Below, one piece after another: positions 58,301 through 64,000 of a DNA stretch of 64,000 bases; the first letter of the stretch is position 1, and every line of letters starts with the position of its first letter. The translations under genes and the position numbers were made by a program. The notes beneath the pieces are model-generated. The model saw only the letters and a list, made by a program, of their open reading frames with translations. It had not been told where the DNA came from and ran no database searches. Source of the DNA: Zygnema circumcarinatum SAG 698-1b (lineage: Eukaryota > Plantae > Zygnematophyceae); assembly GCA_037447605.1 (NCBI GenBank), contig CM074810.1, positions 2,824,880 through 2,888,879 on the forward strand. The letters run 5' to 3'.

Positions 58301-59031
58301 TGACGAGAATGGAATTGGCTTGCAGAAGGCGCTGCTCGTTTACTCCGAGATTCAGTGATTCCGAGCTTTTGAAATTTACCAACAACCACAAGACCACTGC
58401 AAAAAACAGAAATAAAAGAACGGGGAAGGAAAGGAGGGAGGGGTAAGCGCAGGACGTGGGATTTGGTGACTGGAAGCCTATCCCTCCCTTCCTTTCCCTC
58501 CCCCTCCCCCCGCCCTTCTCTGCCTCCTTCTCCACCCTCCCTCCCCTCCCCTCCCCCTCCCCCCCCCTCCCTCCACTCACCCAGCACCGCTACCACATTG
58601 ACAGCCGTGAGACTTCGCATGAACCGCCTCCTCCTCTCCCCCTCCGCGTCTTCCGGAGACCTCACAACAACAGCGCGAGCCGCCCCGCGCCGCTGCATAC
58701 CTGCGGCCCCCGCCATGGCGGATGTCGCCACCAGGAAGGGCATGGCAATCATGCGATCCCCATGCATGCCATGCCCATGCCCATGGCCCGGCGCATGCCC
58801 ATCCCGCCGCCAGAAGCCATCTCCGAAGCTTCCGGAGCTTTCATGGGAGGAGGAACTCCTGCCTGCTCCTGCTCCCGCGTCGCCACCAAATCCGCCGCCA
58901 AATCCGCCCCCGCTCTGGCGGGAGGAGTTGGAGCTGAACCCTCCCGAGAACGGCCCTGACGCGCCACCAAAACCTCCGCCGCCGCCGCCGCCTCCTCCAC
59001 TGAAGCCGCCGCCGAAGCCGCCGCCGCTCAT
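53605..59031 (-). CDS. APD-like membrane RING E3 ubiquitin ligase, about 10 exons, apparently complete
   Basis: Exons encode LNLGVNEQRLLQANSILVKSIQ, TLYSFPSRPAL, NWVFWLNRGSQLTIEY, SDGEYYVALGNF, VRSTTFDLSKAEGFCEL and VWTVDVAYSHRWMTLFVILG. RING is CAICMDAKKDSILIDCGHRATCHSCG|...CPICRKPIRQVIKVYDA*. Last exons are 54200-54797 and 53605-53683. Confidence 0.85.
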
Positions 59032-59139
59032 AGCGAGAGGGAGGGAGGGAGGGAGAGAGAGAGAGAGAGACAGAGAGAGGGAGAGAGGAGGGAAGAGAGG
59101 GAAAGAGTGACGAGAGAGAGAGAGAAAAAGAGGGCGACA

Positions 59140-59198
<59 letters not shown>

Positions 59199-60112
59199 GG
59201 AGGGAGAGAGGGAGGGAGAGGAATTAGAAGCGGTCTCGCGAGCGTAGAGCGATTTCAGGGTTTGCTAAGGACCGTTTGACTCCGAAGGGCTACAAAAGTA
59301 TCTGACGGTGGACGATGGTTCTCGTTACAAGGGCAGCAATTGGACCCTCTGGAGGACGCTACCCGACGGATTTCGCAAGTGCGCGCTGAGCTGGCGGCGG
59401 TAGGATCCTTCGACGAAGGAACTGAGCGCAGTGACGTGCGATTTCACGCCACCGCCGATTTGTCGGTTGTGCCACGTCAACGTTCAAGTTTGTCCGTATC
59501 TGCGGAACGTACAGTATGGAATGTGGACAAAGACAGCTCAGCAGCACTGTACGAATGAGGCCAGGAATGCTATTTTAAAAAAAAATTATGAATTGTTCAA
59601 TTTTGGTCAATGCCGTTGCCCGAAGGGGCTAAAAATGAAATTTCTTTAGGTTCAATATTTGGCGAGAAATAGCCTATTCGCACCTTTTAAAAAAAAGAAA
59701 CCAAAAAGCCTAATAACCCTAAAATAAAATCTGACCGGCGAAAAAAGGCGCGAATCTAGCCAAAGAAGGTGTGTAAATAGACCATAAGTTTATTTACTTA
59801 TTTAATTGTACCGCACTCAGGGGTTGTTCAACATTCCCATGTCCATTGGTTTCACCAATTCTAATTTTCTTTTTTTGTTTCCTTTTCAACCAGTAGGACG
59901 CCAGCATTCTGCCAACATTTTTTTCTTATAGAATTTTCACTTTTTAAAAAGGCTGTACAGAACTTACGGCTCCGCATCGAAACGGCAAAATTTTTAGTTT
60001 TAGTTTAACTATTCACAGACCACGTCACATGGAACACGAACCATGCCGCAAGGAAACGACAAACCCTCAACGGATAGTTCAATGGAACGGAACGGAACTG
60101 CCAACAGCGACC

Positions 60113-61354
60113 TCATAGAGTCCAGCCCTTGGCCGCGACTGCCTCTCTCACACGTGCCGCAGCCTCGCTGTTGTCGCGGAGCGGCGGGTAGCTCCAGGCG
60201 TCGCCCATCTGCCACCTCGCCCGGGGGGAGGGGTCAGGGTTTAGGGTTTAAGGTTTAGGATTTAGGGTTTAGGGTTGAGGGTTAAGGGTTCAGGATTCAG
60301 GGATCGGGTTTGGGGTTTGGGGTTTGGGGTTCAGGGTTTAGGGTTTAGGGTATAGCGTTTGGGATTCAGGGTTTAAGATTTAGCGTTTAAGGTTGAGGGT
60401 TGAGGGTCGTAGGGTTTAGGATTTAGGGTTGAGGGTTTAGGGTTCAAGGTTCAGGGATCGGGTTTCGACGGTTTAGGGTTTAGGGTTTCGGGTTTAAGGT
60501 TCAGAGTTTATGGTTCAGGGTTTAGGGTTTAGGGATTAGGGTTGAGATTTCAGGAGTTACGGTTTAGATTCAGGTTATAGAGTTTAGAAACCAGGGTTCA
60601 GGGTTAAGGGGTTTAGGGTTCAGGATCCAGAGTTTAAGGTTTCGAGTTTAAAGTTTAGGGTTCAGGGCAGCCACTCACATTTTCAAAGCCTGTCAACGTC
60701 CGAATGGCTCCGCGCTTTTTTAGGGTTCCAATGAACTCTTTGAACTTCCACGTGCAGCGGTCGTCCCCCGCGACGTACACCGGCTTGCTGGACGGAAGGG
60801 AGAGAGGGAGGGAGGGAGGGAGGGGACAGAACCCGTCAGAACCCTAATCATAGCACGAGCCTCTCAAACCCTAAAATCATCTCAAGCCAAACAAGATAAC
60901 TCTGAACCCGCCATCCTAATCCTGAACCCTCAAACGTTAGCCAGGCCTACACCTTAGGCATAAACTCTAAACACTCAACCACGAACCCTGTAACCCTAAA
61001 CTGAAACCTCTGAACCCTAACCCTAGCCCTAACCCGCAACCCTAACCCTAACCCCAAACCACAGTTCTAACCCTCCACCCTGACCCTAACCCTGTGCCCT
61101 AAAAGACAAGCCCCTATCCCTAACCACTAACCGCTACCCTAGCCCCTACCCCCAAACCCCTCAATCCAAACCCTAACCCTAACCCTAACCCCTAAACCCT
61201 ACCCCTCCTAGCCCCCCTAGCCCCCCTAGCCCCCCTAGCCCCCCTCGCCCTAGGCCTGACCCTGTGCTGGCGGCCTCGCTGAGCATGCTCACGGAGTCGG
61301 CGGTGACCACAAAGGCATCCGCCCACGCGAGGTGGCCCAGATGGGGGTTCGGCC
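60113..61354 (-). CDS. ELM1: Mitochondrial fission protein ELM1, last three exons (61261-61354, 60679-60787, 60113-60208)
   Basis: PNPHLGHLAWADAFVVTADSVSMLSEAASTG|KPVYVAGDDRCTWKFKEFIGTLKKRGAIRTLTGFEN|MGDAWSYPPLRDNSEAAARVREAVAAKGWTL*, with in-phase GT-AG introns. Confidence 0.92.
60230..60665 (+). repeat. Degenerate (TTTAGGG)n tract in the last ELM1 intron
   Basis: gggtttag, gggttcag and gggttaag units. Confidence 0.85.
60835..61200 (-). repeat. Degenerate telomere-like tract in the opposite orientation (CCCTAAA on +) in the preceding ELM1 intron
   Basis: aaccctaa, aaaccct and ccctaaccctaacc units. Confidence 0.85.
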
Positions 61355-61359
61355 CTGGC

Positions 61360-64000
61360 GGGAGGGAAAAGAGGGAGGGAGGGGAAGGAGGGAGGGAGGG
61401 AGGGAGGGAGGGAGGGAGGGAGGGAGGGAGGGAGGGAGGGAGGGAGGGAGGGGGGGAGTGGAGGAGGGGAGGGAGGGAGGGAGGAGGGAGGGGAGGGAGG
61501 GAGGGAGGGAGGGAGGGAGGAGGGAGGGTGATTTGAGGGAGGGAGGGAGGAGGATTTGAGGGAGGGAGGGAGGGAGGATTTGTGGAAGGGAGGGAGGATT
61601 TGAGGGAGGGAGGAAGAGAGGGAGGGAGGGAGGGAGAAAGGGAGGGAGGGAGGGAGCGTGAGGCAGGGAGGGAGGGAGGATTTGAGGGAGGGAGGGAGGA
61701 GGATTTGAGGGAGGGAGGGAGGAGTGATTTTGAGGAGGGAGGGAGGAGGAGGGAGGGAGGGAGGGAGGGAGGGAGGGAGGGAGGGAGTGGAGTGGAGGAG
61801 GGAGGGAGGGAGGGAAGGAGGGAGGAGGATTGAGGGAGGGAGGGAGGGAGGCAGGGGGCGGAGGCAGGAGGAGGGAGGAGGATTTAAGGAGGAGGGAGGG
61901 AGGGTGGATTTGAGGAGGAGAGTGATGGAGGAGGGAGGAGGAAGTGGGAGGGAGGGAGGGAGGAGGGAGGAGGAGGAGGAGGAGGGAGGGAGGAGGAGGA
62001 GGGAGGGAGTGGAGGGAGGAGGGAGGGAGGAGGAGGAGGGAGGAGGGAGGGAGGGAGGAGGGAGGAGGGAGGAGGGAGGGAGGGAGGGAGGGAGGGAGGG
62101 AGGGAGGGGAGGGAGGGAGGGAGGGAGGGAGGAGGGAGGGAGGGAGGGAGGGAGGAGGGAGGAGGGAGGGAGGGAGGGGAGTGGGAGGGAGGGAGGGAGG
62201 GAGGGAGGGAGGGAGGGAGGGAGGGAGGGAGGGAGGAGGATTTGAGGGAGGGAGGAGGGAGGAGGAGGCAGGGGGCGAGGCAGGGGAGGGGAGGGAGGAG
62301 GATTTAAGGGAGGGAGGGAGGGAGGGTGGATTTGAGGGAGGGAGGGAGGGAGGGAGAGAGTGGGAGGGAGGGAGGAGAAAGGAGGGAGGGAGGGAGGGAG
62401 GGAGGAGGATTTGAGGGAGGGAGGGAGGGAGGGAGGGAGGGAGGGAGGGAGGGAGGGAGGGAGGGAGGGAGGGAGGAGGGAGGATTTGAGGGAGGGAGGA
62501 GGGAGGGAGGGAGGGAGGGAGGGAGGGAGGGAGGGAGGAGGGAGGGAGTGGAGGATTTGAGGGAGGGAGGGAGGGAGGGAGGATTTGAGGGAGGGAGGGA
62601 GGGAGGGAGGGAGGCAGGGGGCGTGAGGCAGGGAGGGAGGGAGGGAGGATTTAAGGGAGGGAGGGAGGGAGGGTGGATTTGAGGGAGGGAGGGAGGGAGG
62701 GAGGAGGGAGGGAGGGAGGGAGGGAGGGAGGAGGAGGGAGGGAGGGAGGGAGGGAGGGAGGGAGGGAGGGAGGAGGGAGGGAGGAGGAGGGAGGGAGGGA
62801 GGGGATTTGAGGGAGGGAGGGAGGGAGGGAGGGAGGCAGGGGGCGTGAGGCAGGGTGGAGGAGGGAGGATTTAAGGAGGGAGGAGGAGGGGATTTGAGGG
62901 AGGGAGGGAGGGAGGGAGAGAGGGAGGGAGGGAGGAGAAAGGAGGGAGGGAGGGAGGGAGGGAGGGAGGGAGGGTGATTTAAGGGAGGAGGGAGGGAGGG
63001 AGGGAGGGAGGATTTGAAGGGAGGGAGGGAGGGAGGGTGGATCGAGGGAGGGAGGGAGGGAGGGAGAGAGAGGAGGGAGGGAGGGAAGGAGGGAGGGAGG
63101 GAGAGAGGGAGGAGGGAGGGAGAAAGGGAGGGAGGGAGGGAGGGGGGGGCGGAGGCAGGGAGGGAGGAGGATTTGAGGAGGGAGGAGGGAGAGAGGGGAG
63201 GGAGGAGGGAGAAAGGGAGGGAGTGGAGGGAGGGGGCGTGAGGCAGGAGGAGGAGGATTTGTGAAGGGAGGAGGATTTGAGGGAGGGAGGAAGAGAGGGA
63301 GGGAGGGAGGGAGAAAGGGAGGAGGAGGGAGTTTTGGGAGGCAGGGTGCGTGAGGAGGATTTGAGGGAGGGAGGGAGAGAGGGAGGGAGGAGGGAGGGAG
63401 GGCAGTGGAGGCAGAGGGGAGGGAAGGAGGGAGGTGGGAGAGGGCGTGAGGCAGGAGGAGGAGGATTTGGAGGGGAGGGAGGGAGGAGAGAGGGAGGGTG
63501 CAGGAGGAGAGGCAGTGGAGGCAGGAGGTGAGGGGAAGGAGGAGTGGGAGAGGCGGTGCAAGGGGAGGCAGGGAGGATTTGAGGGAGGGAGGGAGGGAGA
63601 GAGGGAGGGAGGGAGGGAGGGGGCGTGAGGCAGGGAGGGAGGGAAGGAGGGAGGGAGAGGGCGTGAGGCAGGGAGGGAGGGAGGATTTGAGGGAGGGAGG
63701 GAGGGAGAGAGGGAGGGAGGGAGGGAGGGAGGGGGCGTGAGGCAGGAGGGAGGGAGGGAGGGAGGGAGAGGGCGTGAGGCAGGGAGGGAGGGAGGATTTG
63801 AGGGAGAGAGGGAGGGAGGGAGGGAGAAAGGGAGGGAGGGAGGGAGGGAAGGAGGGAGGGAGAGGGCGTGAGGCAGGAGGCAGGGAGGATTTGAGGAGGA
63901 AGGAGGAAAGAGAGGGGAGGGAGGGAGGAGGGGGCGTGAGGCAGGAGGAGGGAAGGAGGGAGGAGAGGCGGTGCAGGGAGGGAGGAGGATTTGAGGGAGG
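61360..64000. repeat. More than 2.6 kb of (GGGA)n-based low-complexity sequence, intronic to ELM1
   Basis: Purine-only runs with recurring ggatttgagg and gggcgtgaggca motifs; it begins at the polypyrimidine tract of an ELM1 acceptor. Confidence 0.9.

Noticed and set aside
60230-61200. Head-to-head (TTTAGGG)n/(CCCTAAA)n as an ancient telomere fusion
   Set aside because: The tracts are highly degenerate and lie in two separate introns of an intact ELM1 gene, with a coding exon between them.
61192-63561. 789-aa proline-rich ORF and the many Gly/Arg/Glu- or Pro/Ser/Leu-rich ORFs at 32200-33600, 52700-53500 and 55400-56200
   Set aside because: These are translations of GA/CT low-complexity introns that lack stop codons by composition; they contain no domain motifs.

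Overview
Eukaryotic nuclear DNA from a green plant lineage. A streptophyte alga, possibly Zygnematophyceae, is inferred from the plant-type genes, TTTAGGG-like tracts and GA/CT-rich introns. The assembly has several N gaps. Bases 1-28068 are a nest of LTR retrotransposons: several Ty1/Copia families with tRNA-iMet PBS, gag-only non-autonomous derivatives, solo LTRs and a broken chromoviral Ty3/Gypsy. Nesting order is supported by 5-bp TSDs (CGTTC, ACCGT, TACAC), and the right end of the nest lies in a kinase exon. Bases 28069-48436 hold a decaying, duplicated gene cluster with an unusual architecture: RLK/Pelle-type kinase, spliced in frame to an MCAfunc/MLKL-like helical domain, then an optional U-box and 8-10 Sel1-like repeats. 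There are three paralogs, two of them followed by a PLAC8/CNR-like gene. The same interval contains a KH-protein remnant, an AT-rich intronless Lon-protease fragment of apparently foreign origin, a 411-bp TRIM with tRNA-like LTRs, a tyrosine-recombinase-like remnant and a solo LTR. Bases 48961-64000 hold a MITE and three ordinary spliced genes: the 5' part of histidinol dehydrogenase, a complete APD-like RING E3 ligase and the 3' part of ELM1. Best leads are the kinase-MCAfunc-(U-box)-Sel1 plus PLAC8 cluster, the tRNA-LTR TRIM, two covarying hairpins shared by the Copia LTR families, and the Lon fragment. All domain calls come from motif recognition by eye; no database searches were run.
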